NCBI GenBank assembly: GCA_964199315.1
Contig: OZ116705.1
Coordinates: 27,280,001 to 27,344,000, forward strand
DNA length: 64,000 nucleotides
Direction of reading: 5' to 3'
From: Orbicella franksi
Lineage: Eukaryota
The notes under the pieces were generated by a model, which saw only the letters and a program-made list of their open reading frames with translations, ran no database searches and was not told where the DNA came from. Shown in pieces: positions 50,270 to 63,319 of the stretch. Position numbers and translations under genes: made by a program. Position 1 is the stretch's first letter. Every line of letters starts with the position of its first letter.

Positions 50270-52312
50270 ACTTTCGGAGCGGCTTAAGGCCTCATTTAAA
50301 CGGTCTCGGTTCCCCCGCGTCTTATTGAGAGAATTGGCCGTTAAGATAGTTTACACCCAAAAAAGCGCCATTAGTAACTACTTTAGATGTAACAATTTAT
50401 TAAAAACCTCTTGCAGAGTGAAAACTGACTTAATGTGGACTGATACTTCGTAACGGCCCACGTTACAAAAATTTCCTAAATACACAGTCAATGTCTTGCT
50501 GCAATGTTGTATCTAAGTTATTTATTAAAACTTTTTTATGTATACTTTCTGATATTAAACTGCATTCACCGCCTTACAAATTGACTGCTACTCATTTTTC
50601 TTTATTTGTGAAATATTAAAAATTAAACCAGTCATAAAAAAAAAACAGCACAAGAACGGCTGGCATGATTCAAATGGGAGCTGAATATCTCGCTTTTGTT
50701 ATGTATACCAGCCAGCACTTATTCTCGTGTTCTATCGGTTGTGATTTCGAGTTATTTCAACATGAACAATTTCATGGTTGCCACAGACATCATTTTCCCA
50801 AATACCCTGACACTTAGAGCCGTCCTATCCCCTCATTCATTTCAGATTCAGTGTCGGCTCCAGACCTTGAGGTAAGGGGGTGGGGGGCGGGAGGGTTTTT
50901 TTTTTTTTCTTGCCCTGCCGGCTTTTCTTCCTTCTCCTCCCTTCGTTTTTTTTTTTTTTACCCAAAATAGGGGGTCTCCCCTAAATCCGCCACTGAGACT
51001 GATCAGTTTTCAACAGCTTTCGCTTTCTTCATTAAGGGAAAATGTCGTTTGCATAAAAAAAAAGACCCTAATTTTCTTTTTTCCAGCTTTCGATGTTTTC
51101 GAATACTTTTGATACTTATCAATTTTCCCCTGGCTTTTCTTCAAAATGCCAAGAGATAAAATTCCCTGACTTATCCTGACCTTGAATATATTTTTCCCTG
51201 AACATTTCGTGAACTGTCGCAACCCTGAATTTTCCTCGAGCAGAACACAGTCTTGACTCACTAACAAGCAGACGACATTAATTTTTACGTCTTGTCATCT
51301 CGTTTAACCGCACGCAGACGACAGTCGACTCTAAAAAACATCTTCCAACCTCTTCTAATTAACTTGCGAATTAAACCTATTATTTCACTATAGAAATAAA
51401 TAAATACTGAACAAATAAATAAACTATAAATAATTTGACAATATAAATACGACTGAAAAGCAAGTATAGTCTGTTCACCTTTTCAGTTACTAGCGCCATC
51501 TTGGTTGTAAGGGGAAAACGTTCGTAGAGGCAAAAAATCGTGAATAAGGGTAACTTCCAAGGAACGTCTATGAAACATACATTGAAAGTAATTTGAGCAA
51601 TGTTTGTCTCCAAATCAAGATGGCGTCAGCAACAGAGAAGAGTTTTATCGCCAATATCTACTTAATACAACTTGTCAAAATTTTCATCTAATAATTATTC
51701 AAAATTGTTCAGGAGAGTTTTCCTTACCCCAAAGGCAATAAATAAGCAAACCTGGAAGGTAATCTTAAGCTTCGGTGATATTAAACACGTACAGGTATTC
51801 ATATTAAAAACTTCTCACACTGACTGCAAAATATTTGCTTAATCCAAAATTAATTTCTAATAAAAACGGGAAATAAATATTATCAAATGAAAGAACTGCT
51901 CAACAGCTCTAAATTAAATCGTCACACGCAGAGAAACCCGTTTCGTGACAACCCAAAGAAAGGCTACAAAAGAACCATATTAAATTTGTAACCTAGTCAG
52001 ACTTCTAGTCTATTGAACTCAAAGAAGTCAAACTTCCAGATACGTAACTAAGTGAACGGAGATTTGTCTCTATTCTCAACCTGTTTAGTTTGTCTAAAGT
52101 ATCCAGGAAAATGTAAGTCAAGTTGCGTGCCTCCAAAAGACAACAATCTTGGCAAGATTCAATCGCTTCGGACAAAGGACACCGTAAGAAACAAGTTCTC
52201 ATGTACTTTGGGAGGTAAGGAGAGGGAAGGAAGGTGTGTGTTACAGAAGTGTTGTTACAAGGGTCGCCACGTAACACTTGCGTGACAGCCAAAGTACTTG
52301 TCACAGCATCAA

Positions 52313-55300
52313 TCATTTGAGTTTCTCCAGTTGTGGATCTGAATGTGCCAGCACAAACACCAGGTCTGTCTGCTGCAGTACAAAGTTGTAAGGCGGCGAG
52401 CAGATCACATATCGCTTGGCGGATGGTACTCCAACACTGACCTTGTTACTGTCTCGGAAACGGTACAGACCAAGGCAGATCATGGAAGAGGCCCGCAGCG
52501 CGTGCAAAAACATGTCACCAAACGAACCGCCATCCTGAATGGGAGTTCGAATAAAGTAAGAATTTCAAGATTGGCATTTTGGATGGAATTTCTACAAAAA
52601 TTGTTATCACTCTGTGGTGTCTAAGGGACGAAACTGTACATGTAACAGAATAAGAACAACTTTTAAACTACATAGCGCAGTTTAATCCTCACATACAAAC
52701 TAAAGCTGACACCACTCTCATGCTTACCAAGGATTTAGTCAGGGAGACCAAAGTACGGCTAAAATGTATCAGGTTAACCGGAGCGCTATCCAAAGTTAAA
52801 GTTAAAATAACAACTCGACACTTTTACTGGAAGTAGAAACTCAAACCATAAACCCTATCTCCTCTGTTGGGGAATTGCAATTGATAATGACAAACTCGAA
52901 CCTCGTGGGCTTTCCCCTAATTTAACGTCTATTCTAAGTTACGGATAAGAAATAACCAAGAAAAGAATGCAGCATTAATTAAATACCCTTGCTTGAGGGC
53001 AGATCTTGTCTGATTCTTACAAGGTAAGTTTGAATCGCACGATATTACTAATTTGGATCTTATTCTGTAGACTCAACCAAAGAACTACAGCTGTTCTGTT
53101 CATTCAGTCTCAGAATTATTGTTACTTATCTCGAAAATCCAAAACCAATTAGAGACTATACATAACTTTCTGTGGAGCTGCTACCGGCGTGGACATTTGG
53201 AAGCCGAATCACACATATCTTTTGCACGCGAAAAGCGCGAATTTACACGCGAGAAGCGCGAATTTACACGCGAGAAGCGAGAATTTACACGCGAGAAGCG
53301 AGAATGTACACGCGAGAAGCGCAATATCTGAAAACTCACACTACCCAGGAAGAAAAACTTAAAGCCGAGGAGGGGGGGTGGGGGGGGGGGAGGGGGAACT
53401 CGTAAAAGACTTACCCCGTAATGTGCAAGTGGACCATCAAACAGCGACATCTGCAGAATTTTACACCGGCTTCTGGTGTCTGCTGTCTGTGCCGCGTCCA
53501 GTCCTCCTCGGAGCTCGTCCCCCTCAGCGATATGCTCTTCCAAGAATTGGTTTACTCCTCCGGTTACAAGATTCCGTACAAGAGTAAGAACGTCTGGGTT
53601 GAAGTAAGACTGAAAAGCGAATACAGATATCAACGATGGTTTTCTACTCACAACGGCAATGTATAATTTCGAGCAAGGTCAAGAGATTTTAGGACGGGAT
53701 CACTAATGAAAAGTAGCTGGCCTTAATTCTAAACATCTTTCCCAGCTGGTAATATAACATTTAGCATCATGAAGATTAGACCAAGGAGGATGGTGCAGAA
53801 TATTGGCTGATAATAAGTTGACGTGGTCATAGACAGTGTTGGCTAAAATTATAAGAGAATATTCCGGATGAATCAGGAGGTAAACTTGGTAATGACCAAC
53901 ATTAACTCTGAGAAATAACACTGAAGTCATTGAATACCACTCGATACTTAACCAACGAGGTTGAAGGCCGTGTTGAATAAACTCTAAACTTAAACAAACT
54001 GACATTCCGTACGATTCCGCAGGCTAATTGTCTCATTATTTATCAAATTGTCAACGAAATGGCGTAACGCAGCCATATTAACTAGGGTTATGCAGAGATA
54101 ACACAGTCGCTCTCTCAGATTCTTTCTTTCGGGGAGGACAGCAGTAAGACCATAGAAGGCCATAAGAATGACAACTCACGGCGCTCATCAGAGAGTCCAA
54201 CATGGAGACTGTAAAGGCTGTACCACAAGCAAACGGCTGAGTCAGGTACAGTTCAAGGTCGTCATCATCTTCATCATCGATGTCCAAGTACTGCACATTC
54301 TGGTCAAAAGCTACCACACAAAGAAAAAGAAAACAAAAAACAAAAACAAATGTGTGACAGAAAAAGGGTAAAAGTTTCTTGCACGCTGAGTTAAATGAAC
54401 TTCTCATTAATTATTCATCAAGCTTAAACAAAGGAAGTCATGTCCCATGGACGTGACGGTGTTTGGATATCTGATCTTAATTAGCATAGATTTCTACGAT
54501 TTTATTTCTCCGTTTTCTCCTTAGTTTTAAGTTTCGATTGAGAAGATATATCTAACACTCAAGACAGTGTTTGACCACATTTCCAAATAACTCGAAGTTC
54601 GAAAAAGATACCCCACTACGTCTCGTATTTTCAACTCTCTTCGCGGTGTTTGGAAATGTCGTCAAACCCGATCTTTCGTTCTTGTTATTGTAGAAACTAA
54701 TCTCCCGCCTAGCCTCTGTCCGCGCGGCTAAGCATAAATAGTTCTACCTTCGCACGGGTTATGAAAATCGCTCGAGTTCACCAGTTATAACAACGTTACG
54801 TTCTTTATCCTATTTCGTTCGCCGTATCCCCAGATCGTCAGGTAATGTCCTCTGTCTTCGTTTGTCTCGTATTTCCTATGTTATTTCCACTGTTGTAATT
54901 AGCTGTTCCGCTCTTAATGCATTATGTTTGTTACCTTTATTCTAGAAACCACTGGCATTGTTATGTAAAATTAAGTTAAGAGTTCGAGTTGTTGGCAACT
55001 GCATTAAACTTCTTTACGACCTAAATTATTGCCGGTGCGTTGGCTACAGTTACATTACTTCTTGCAAGATAACAAAAGCTGAAAAGGACCCCATCCTTCC
55101 ACACCAAGTCTGTATCCACCTCTGCATAATTCCCTTAAGCCTTTAACAAACTTCTTTCATTGCTACTTTTGGATTTAGTGCGCTTTTCCCGCCACTGCTT
55201 TCTAAGGATCTAAATATGCTTGGGAGCCTTTCGGGTGCTTGAAACCAGTACATCTAACAAAATATCCAGCTTAATGAAATAGATTCGAACAACAATTCGA

Positions 55301-58300
55301 AGGAATCAGTCTTTGCCTTTCACATTTATTCCACATTACTTCAGGTATAACTGGACCTCTCTCTGTCACGCAACGCTACGTTCTCGCTATGGTCAGAGCT
55401 GGACTAGCTCACTGTTTACTCCAGAAGTTGTTTTATTCGGTCTGATGTGATGTTCAATGCTGCGGGAAGTTGTTTTCGTCAAGTTATTTATTAAGGAAAT
55501 AAAAGGCATTTGTTACTATCAGCGGGACGTTCCTTTCAGGGGTCTCAACCTTTTTGGGGTTTTAAGGTAAGATATGCACAGTGCTGCCATGACTACTCAC
55601 CAACTTCAGTGATTATTGGAATATTACAGCCATACGCTGAGCCTCGTCTTTCCACCTGTGGTAATTCATTAAACTCCAGTCCCGCAAAAGCGTTCCGTGT
55701 ATTCTCACTGAGCATGCCAACTGCATCATCAAATGACATGGCTTTCAGGTTCAGCGACGCCAAAATCGATTCCTTGTCGGCTAACTTCGGGTCGTCGGCT
55801 TTGCTGGCCGTTGAAGGCGAGAGGAACACGACCATATCTGCTAAGTTTGCATTAACAGCTCGCAGATCCGCTCGACAGAAAGGAGAACCCTATAACATGA
55901 TACAAATGCTTTATCGTTACCTTTTACAATCACGTATTGTGGAACGGTATTACTATCCAATATACTGGACCTACGTTCTGGCATCTTAATCATACCAAGG
56001 AATACTAGAAGTTCATCGACATTGTCAGCTTCTAGGAAAAACATTCGCAAACTTGACTTGGATATTTTGACTGATGATTGTGGTACTAATGGCATCTTAT
56101 GTGGTTATTAATGTCCTTTACAGTGGCGGATGTACGGGAGGGGCCTGGGGAGCAATAGAGCCAATAACTCTAGGAAATTCAGTAAGCTACTCACCGGTAA
56201 AACAAACACATCTTCAAAATTACACAGCTGGTGCCACTGAAAAGTTTCAACAAGCATTAAAAGACACGTTACGAAGACAGAACACAAACGATTGTGAATA
56301 AACAAACGAAAGAAGGATTAAAACAAACAGTCCATTCTTAAATCACAGAGTGACCAAAATCTAGACTCTCCTTCAAAAATCAATACAGTGTCAAGCAAAC
56401 AAGAGACAAGAATAACGAAAATCATCAACTGGGGATACTGTTTCGACGTAGCAACAGAGCTGAAGGCCCTTTAACACCTTAAGACCAAATTGCAATAGGT
56501 ATGGATAACTAAGGGTATCTGACCACCGAAAAGCAAAGGAAAAGCGATTTCGACAACACTGCCATCCGTCAGCAGCAGATTCTACACAAACGGAGACCCC
56601 AGAATTTCAAGTCCGTGACTGACGGTTCGCGCTGCACGATAATCTTGCACGAAATTAACCACAGGCAACGCAAATTCCAGCCAATGATACCGACCAAGTA
56701 ACAATACATTTGAATCCCAATTTATCGAACTTCCAGAGAAACGAAACCTGGTTCGAGACAATTCTACGGCAAGGAGGAAATGAACAATCTATGATTAATA
56801 CATGATTGTATAGAGTGCATTACAGTACCTCTCTTTCCATGTATTCCTTATTTCCAAGGAATACAATTTTCTTCAGCTCACTTTGCAGAAGGTTGCTGGC
56901 TCTTAATGGTATAACCTGCGCGAAACAGTGATACGGGAACTCTTAGTTATGAGTACTGATGAAAAAGTTTATTAATATCTACTTCATAGCTATAATTGGT
57001 CAGTCATGTACAGCAACAATAACGCATGCAAGAAACAAAACAAATCTGATTCCACAATGTTTGTACTAAAGGAGACCAGTAACCATGCCCAATTCAAAAC
57101 TTGTAAGCAGATAATCAACTTCCTATTCTAGCTAATTAACTGCGCAGCAACACTGTATTGTCTTCAGGTCTCAACGCATCTTGGAAGCTCGCCAAAATGC
57201 AACAAAGTGTTCAAAAATGGAAACTAAAATAAATTTTCTTAGGGAACAAGGACGGCATTTTATTATTAGGGAGCTTAAGCAACGACGACGACGCCGACGA
57301 CGATGCCAAGTAAAATATGAATTTATATTTTACCAGCGAAATTAGCAACTGTCTAGATCTGCTCAGTACGCCAATGGCTTTAAAAACGTGCTCAGGATAA
57401 ATACGCAATGACAGCGCTCAATTCCAAATGGAAATACGAAAAATCAGCCGTCGTCGTTCGCGTTCCCCAGACTACGCAGAATTTTGTCATTTCAGGTTCT
57501 TGTTTTGCAGAGGAAGGCCAAGAAATGTGCAACGATTTATAACGTACGTGCACAGCTATTGTTCTGCTCATTAAAGCTTTCGTTTGGTGCCGCTCTCGTT
57601 GCCGTCGTCGTCGTGGTAGCTCCCTATTATCCCTGACCGCCGCAGCCAATTTAGTATTTCGTGACATCTCGAGGAAACAAAGAAAACTAAAGAAATTTTT
57701 GCCCGCGCAACTCTACCCGAGCTTGCGCTTTTACCTTGATTTCCGATAAGTTAACTATTAGAAGAAAGCTGAGATTGATTAAACTTACCAACGGTCTCAA
57801 TCCCAAAAGCGGAGCGTCTTTTTCATTGAACACACAAACAAGTATATGGTGGGAGAAGACGATATTCAAGGCCTCCTCTCGTGTCTACCAAAGCCAACAA
57901 AAAAAAACTATCATGGAAACAAGACAGAAATGGAAGAATAATGTTCACTATCGTTGCTTCTGTGTATGTCAGCGACCGATATGACTTCAGTTACAGCACA
58001 AGACACAAATAATGTTGTGTCGACAGGATGAGTTGCATTTCACCACAAAGTATTATGCGCTGTTTTTCGATGACTTGTTCCATTAAGGAAATTGAGACTG
58101 ATAAATTCCTATAGTTTGTTCAATGACATACACTCTGTAAAACTACATCAGTCAGATACCAAGCAGAACTATACAGTTCCATTATGGATAATTTACAATG
58201 CAATCTACAATTATCTAAGATTGCTTGATATAACAGGAAAAAAAAACGAACGGATACCCCCAAAATTCCGATTTTGAGAAATAAGACGCTAACTCGACCC

Positions 58301-58636
58301 TACAGAAGCTAGTTAAAGCATTTCAGGCTGAAATCCTTGAAAAAGATTCCAATCCAACACTGCAACGTTTGCCTCATTCAGTATGGCAGATTTTACTGCA
58401 AAGAAGTAAAGAAATGGTCTCGACTTCTATCGTTTTTCAAACCTTTTATCGAGCTGTGGACATGGGTCACAAGATTTGGACATTATAAACACACTGTGAA
58501 CTGCTCATCACCGTAAACATAAGGGAAACTCACCAACAAGACGTCTTCAAATCGTGTTGGCGCACACCAGTAGAACGTTCCTGAGATGTCGAAACAGGGC
58601 TTCTTTTCACAGTCGCTTGCTTGTTGCTCTTTTAAA
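52313..58636 (-). CDS. KCNMA1: BK/Slo1 calcium-activated K+ channel alpha subunit, 3' part (RCK2); exons 58534-58636, 57789-57884, 56829-56915, 56195-56236, 55601-55889, 54180-54310, 53415-53609, 52313-52534; the 5' part lies further right, probably beyond the window
   Basis: The spliced translation [115 protein letters not shown] follows the Slo1 RCK2 and calcium-bowl sequence. All phases match. Confidence 0.93.
53222..53325. repeat. 21-bp minisatellite, about 5 units, in a BK intron
   Basis: Unit acacgcgagaagcg(c/a)gaattt. Confidence 0.9.
57268..57625. mobile_element. MITE with AGGGAGCT termini in a BK intron
   Basis: att|agggagcttaagcaacgacgacg...cgtcgtcgtcgtggtagctccct|att, 3-bp TSD. 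Confidence 0.7.
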
Positions 58637-58837
58637 CTAAATAAAAGATACAAGACAAGTGCCTATTTTATAGCAACTTTAACATTTGTTGGGAAAGATC
58701 TTGGGTGTTTTTTGACAAAATTAAAATCCCTAAAGACCGGGCCATGCCAGAAACTTGTCACGCAGTTTTTGAATTCAGTCAACGCAACAGACCACTATAC
58801 ACTTTATCAACATCCTCACAAACCATAGCGTACTTAC

Positions 58838-58934
58838 GCTTTAAGCTTATGTAAAACCTTGTACGTTCCTTGTTTGGCTTCTCCTCCGGGTTTGTTTGGT
58901 AAAGCGAATGAAAGCCTGGCATCCACTGTTTTGA
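58838..58934 (-). CDS. KCNMA1: Candidate BK RCK1-RCK2 linker exon
   Basis: catgtag|TC...GC|gtaagt, open frame. Its phase-2 end matches the phase-2 start of the 58636 exon. No motif support. Confidence 0.5.
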
Positions 58935-61196
58935 CTACATGACAAGGACAAAACGACCGAATGTAAAGGATTAGCATGACGGTTTGTGAATAGTAAATCT
59001 AACACCTAACACTATAGACACTTGGTTCTAAGAGAAATCGCTTCCAGTTTTTGAGCACGTAAAATAACATGAGGCACTTTTATTCAGTTGTCTGAACGCT
59101 TTTTGTTGAATCCCAGTTACACGTATCTCCAGAAATTTATATACTCCAGGAGTTGGTAGGCCTGAAAGCCTCTGCCAGCTCCCCTATTTCACTAGACCAA
59201 GATAAGCAGTGGCTGAAATTGTGTGTTTAAGTAATCATTCTTGTGTATGTTCCTCTGGCTAAGAACTGCTTACATTCTTCCACATCTATGTGTGTTTCAC
59301 TAAGAGATGCATTTTCTGACTTCCAAGTTGTACCAACGTGTAGCACGTTCCTTTCACTGCTACCAACATTTCTGCTTGGTCGATCTAAGAATCAAAGTTA
59401 AAGAGAGCTCGAGACAGTCTCAGTTTTGAAAATGATTGGCCAAAGTGAATTTGTGATGATGGATGGCATGAGTGGTATTCTTCGGTAAACGGAGCGGCAA
59501 CCTTTCCATCATGGAAGAAAATGCAACTGTCAGTGATAACAATGGAATGGACTGTAAAATGCTGAAGTGAAAATGTATGGGCTTCCCACACAAACCCGAT
59601 CTTACTGAATACCTATTCTTCAAAACCGGTTAAAATGGGTACTCGAGGGTACTGTGGATTCCCGCCAAGAATTCCCACATTTTGCAGACCTCCAACTGAA
59701 ATTTTACACATGTTTGGCTTCTATTACGTAACTCAAATAACAATTTGATATTTTCCAAGACACACTTTCCAAGACTGACAGTGAAACGCAACAGTTTGTA
59801 AGTCTATAATGCACTCTATTTCATCTTCGCCATCGTTAGTTGACCGTCCGTTCCAATTCAGTCTTCTAATTTGGTAGGTATTCGCACTTTTCTACAACAA
59901 CAAAATATTGTCGATTGGGCAGCGATCTATGCATGTCTCAAGCTTCACACAACAGAGAAACCACAGTGTTTCTGAGGTAACGCACCCTCACAGTTTCACT
60001 ACTATTCCTAACCATCAAATGCTCCACCCATGCAATAAGGATCACTGAAATAAAGCATGGCATGGTAGGCCATTCCTTGCTAAGGTAAGCTATTGGCGAA
60101 ATTTTATTACAAAGAATAAGCCATTCCACACCAAATATTCGAGTCAATGATGTTGCTTTATGCGATCATATCATGCAGATGGGCAGAATTAAGAAAACAA
60201 GATCTTTTCTGTCGTGAAACGACTTGTAAAGTTGCAGAGGAAGCCTGAAACAATTTAAGCCATTTGACTCCGTTGACGAAAGGGCAGTTTATTGTGAGGT
60301 GTGAGGTTTGAAATGGCATCATAGCGGTACTAAATGAAGCTGGATTCCCTTTCTCCAGACTAATCTCACCCGGAAAATTACACACTACAAAAATAATACC
60401 ATCCTAACGGAACACGTGTCTGTATTCAGCGATGGTACACAGTACATTCACAAGAACTTCTTAGACAAAACTGCATGACAACTTCAAGTATTTTCCACTA
60501 CTACGTGGGCTTATTACACAAACTTAGACAGTAAAACCTACCTTTTTTTGGAAATAGAAAGGGACACCTGTGTATTCTGAATTTTTGAACGTAAGAAGCT
60601 TGTAAGAAGGTTTTAGGCTTCCACGTTACGTCTACTCCATTCATGCTATACTACTTTGAAAAAACCCCAGATACTCCATGATTCTATCATGGTCCCCCAA
60701 GATGTCACTGTAACTGAGTAACTTCAAACCCGTTTATCGAATACCCCTACGAAACATTTTTTAATACAATGAAGACTGATTACTATATCCATCTGCCAGC
60801 AGCCTGATAATGAACTGATGTTGAAAGGAGAAATGATGTGTTGATTAACCTTAGGAGTTAGCTGTGTAATCAGTGCAGGTGAAAGGAATTTCTTATTGCC
60901 GCAGAAAATAACAGTGCAAGTGCTAAAAACTAGTAGAAGCTCAAAACAACTGTCTACAATTGGACTTAATTTAGGTTTACATGTTGGCATTACAAGACAC
61001 CGGACGTTTTGTACCGTTTCTTACTGTATGCCTGGATGGCATTTCTAAATAGCCCATCCCAGCACGATCCATCTCAAGGAGAAAATCTGGTTCAATAATG
61101 GACCACTTTAGCTTCTAAGGGTCTGTTTATATGAACAAACATTGTCCCTGGCAGGAGGGTCACTCTCCATAACGAACTTTTCCTTACGTTTAATAA

Positions 61197-61906
61197 GGGG
61201 TGTTCCTTTGGGATGATCTGGATCAGGCTTTGTGATCAAAGATCATCCGGGTTCTGGCGCAGCAAAGGAACCAATGAATCCACTCTGGGAAAGGATTTGT
61301 CGGGGCTGTCGATACACCAAGATCTGAGTGATCCCGGATCATGGTGCAACAGAGAAATCAGATTCCACTCTTGACAACAATTCATAGAGTCTGTCGATGC
61401 ACCATGATCCGAGAGATTCTGAATGATGGTGCATCAAGGGAACCAATGAATCTACTCCAGACAATGATTTGTTGCGGCCTTTGATTCAACATGATCCTAT
61501 TGATCCTGAATTATGATGCATCGAAGGAGCCAACGCTTCCACTCTTGAGGAGAATTCATGCAGTCTGTCAGTGTACCATAATCCGAGGGATCCTGAATCA
61601 TGGTGCATAAAAGGAACCAATGAATCCACTCTAGACAATGATTTGTCAGGGCCTTTGATTTAACATGATCTGCATGAGTGATCCTGAATTATGGTGCATC
61701 AAAGGAACCAATGAATCTACTCTGGACAACCATTTATTGCGGTCTTTACTCTTTAAAACAATACGATCCAAGTGATCTTGAATCAGGTACATCAAAGGAA
61801 CCAATAAATCGAATCTGGACAAGGATTCATTGGGCCGTTCATACACCATGGGTCTGTAAGAGTAATCTTGGATCTCCGATCCAGATCATCCCGAAGGAAC
61901 GCACTC
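61197..61906. mobile_element. Harbinger-like non-autonomous element filled with degenerate tandem units
   Basis: taa|ggggtgttcctttgggatgatctggatc...gatccagatcatcccgaaggaacgcactc|tta, with repeated atggtgcatcaaaggaaccaatgaatccactct motifs inside. Confidence 0.7.
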
Positions 61907-62174
61907 TTAGTGTCTTTCTTGCCCACCGATGTAGCACAACAGTTTCTTTAGCAAATGATCATTTTTGAATAATTTTAATCGCCCCAGGTCAGTCCTGTTT
62001 GGCCAGAAAATTTTCCCTTCACAAGTACCATTTTTGAAAACAATTGTGAACAGCATGGCCACTGTGAAACCCATTCTAATTCTAGTCGATACACGACAAC
62101 CTAACGTCAAGATAATCCTTCTCTGTGAGCCAGAGTTATGACAATTACCAAAATCATTTACCACTCAAACTTGC

Positions 62175-62258
62175 CTGATGTCTTCCCATTTCGCAGTTTG
62201 CCTTCTGGAGCGAAAGACAAATATGCTGAATCATGATGAACAGCATGGTTGACTAAGC
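62175..62258 (-). CDS. KCNMA1: Candidate 84-bp BK linker exon with a GC donor
   Basis: aattaacag|GC TTA..TCA G|gcaagt, phase 1-1, open frame LVNHAVHHDSAYLSFAPEGKLRNGKTS. Confidence 0.3.
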
Positions 62259-62340
62259 CTGTTAATTGAACATCTGACTTGTGTTCTTAAATAAACAAAT
62301 TAAAGCAACTTTTAATGAAAACAAACTAAATCAGACATGG

Positions 62341-62470
62341 CCGCCTGTCTTTCTGTAGGTCCCTCTGTTTGTCTGTCTAACCGCTTGTCTGTCTGTCGGA
62401 CCGTGTGTTTGTCTGTCTCTCTGTCTATCTGTCTGACCGTGTGTCTGTCTTTCTGTCTGTCTGTCAGTAT
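62341..62470. repeat. Degenerate (TGTC)n simple repeat
   Basis: Seen directly. Confidence 0.8.
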
Positions 62471-63017
62471 TTCCCATGAAAGCTAGGGATCAAGCTTGAG
62501 GTCCATACAGTACATCAACGACCAGGGATCAATTTCTGGCCCAAACACAAAGACCACAGAACACAAGTCTGAAACCCCAGTAACCCTGTTAGCTAATACA
62601 AATTTTGGTGCAAATCAAAGAAAACAAAGGTGCAAGTGCTCATGGTGAAATTAACAGTGCTATAAATCAAACAAAAGTGCAAAGTTAGTAACTTATCAGT
62701 CTATAGCTTTCCTAGAGTGATCATAGCCAAAATTGAAACAGTGATGATGAAATTTATGCTATCACAGCATACATTACTATGCACCCCACAATTGATGTAA
62801 AACGATATTCAAAAAATCACACAAGGGCATTCTAGAAGAGTATCAACCCTAGCTTAAGTCGTGATCGAATGGATTGAGCATATTGAGCTCTATATACTAA
62901 CAGAAAAAAGGGAAGAGGTGGGCCAAATTGTTTTAGGCTGTGCATTTATTTCACGACTTTGTGATTGAATAGAAAAAGTTGTTGAAAACTTGACCTGGCC
63001 TAATACTTACAGTTGTA

Positions 63018-63319
63018 AGGTGAGGTAACGGTCTGCATACGAGCCAAGTGGCCCATCAGGCCGGAGCTTATCCCGGTTTCTGTAGCATGAAGCGACTGGG
63101 AGTATTTCTACTCCCCCCTGGATGGGATGCTAGTCCATCACAGGGTTACCCCCAGCATTAAGCTCGCCGGTACCCATTTATACACCTGGGTGGAGAGAGG
63201 CACTGTGAGAGTAAAGTGTCTTGCCCAAGAACACAACACAATGTCTCCGGCCAGGGTTCGAACCCGGACCGCTTGATCCGGAGACGAGCGCACTAACCAC
63301 GAGGCCACCGCGCCTTCCG
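63018..63319 (-). mobile_element. Full-length tRNA-derived SINE, same family
   Basis: A box tggcctcgtgg, B box ggttcgaaccc, perfect 13-bp TSD acttacagttgta (63005-63017 and 63320-63332). Confidence 0.9.

Larger units (their letters stand above)
24187..50960. repeat. Tandem segmental duplication, copy 2
   Basis: Collinear with copy 1. It is longer because of a ~210-bp segment at ~26252-26462, two extra 55-bp units, a 1207-bp TE insertion and an N gap. Confidence 0.95.

Noticed and set aside
51494-51625. Inverted CAAGATGGCG (YY1-like) motif pair between the two channel genes
   Set aside because: Too short to separate from chance or a repeat remnant, with no supporting structure.
53172-53405. 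ORFs with REARIYT / REKREFT repeats
   Set aside because: Translations of a 21-bp intronic minisatellite.
55841-56095. ORF that superficially looks like a BK exon (SLRMFF..LVFLG)
   Set aside because: It would need a 31-bp intron and the wrong phase. The true exons (56829-56915, 56195-56236) match Slo1 and splice in frame.
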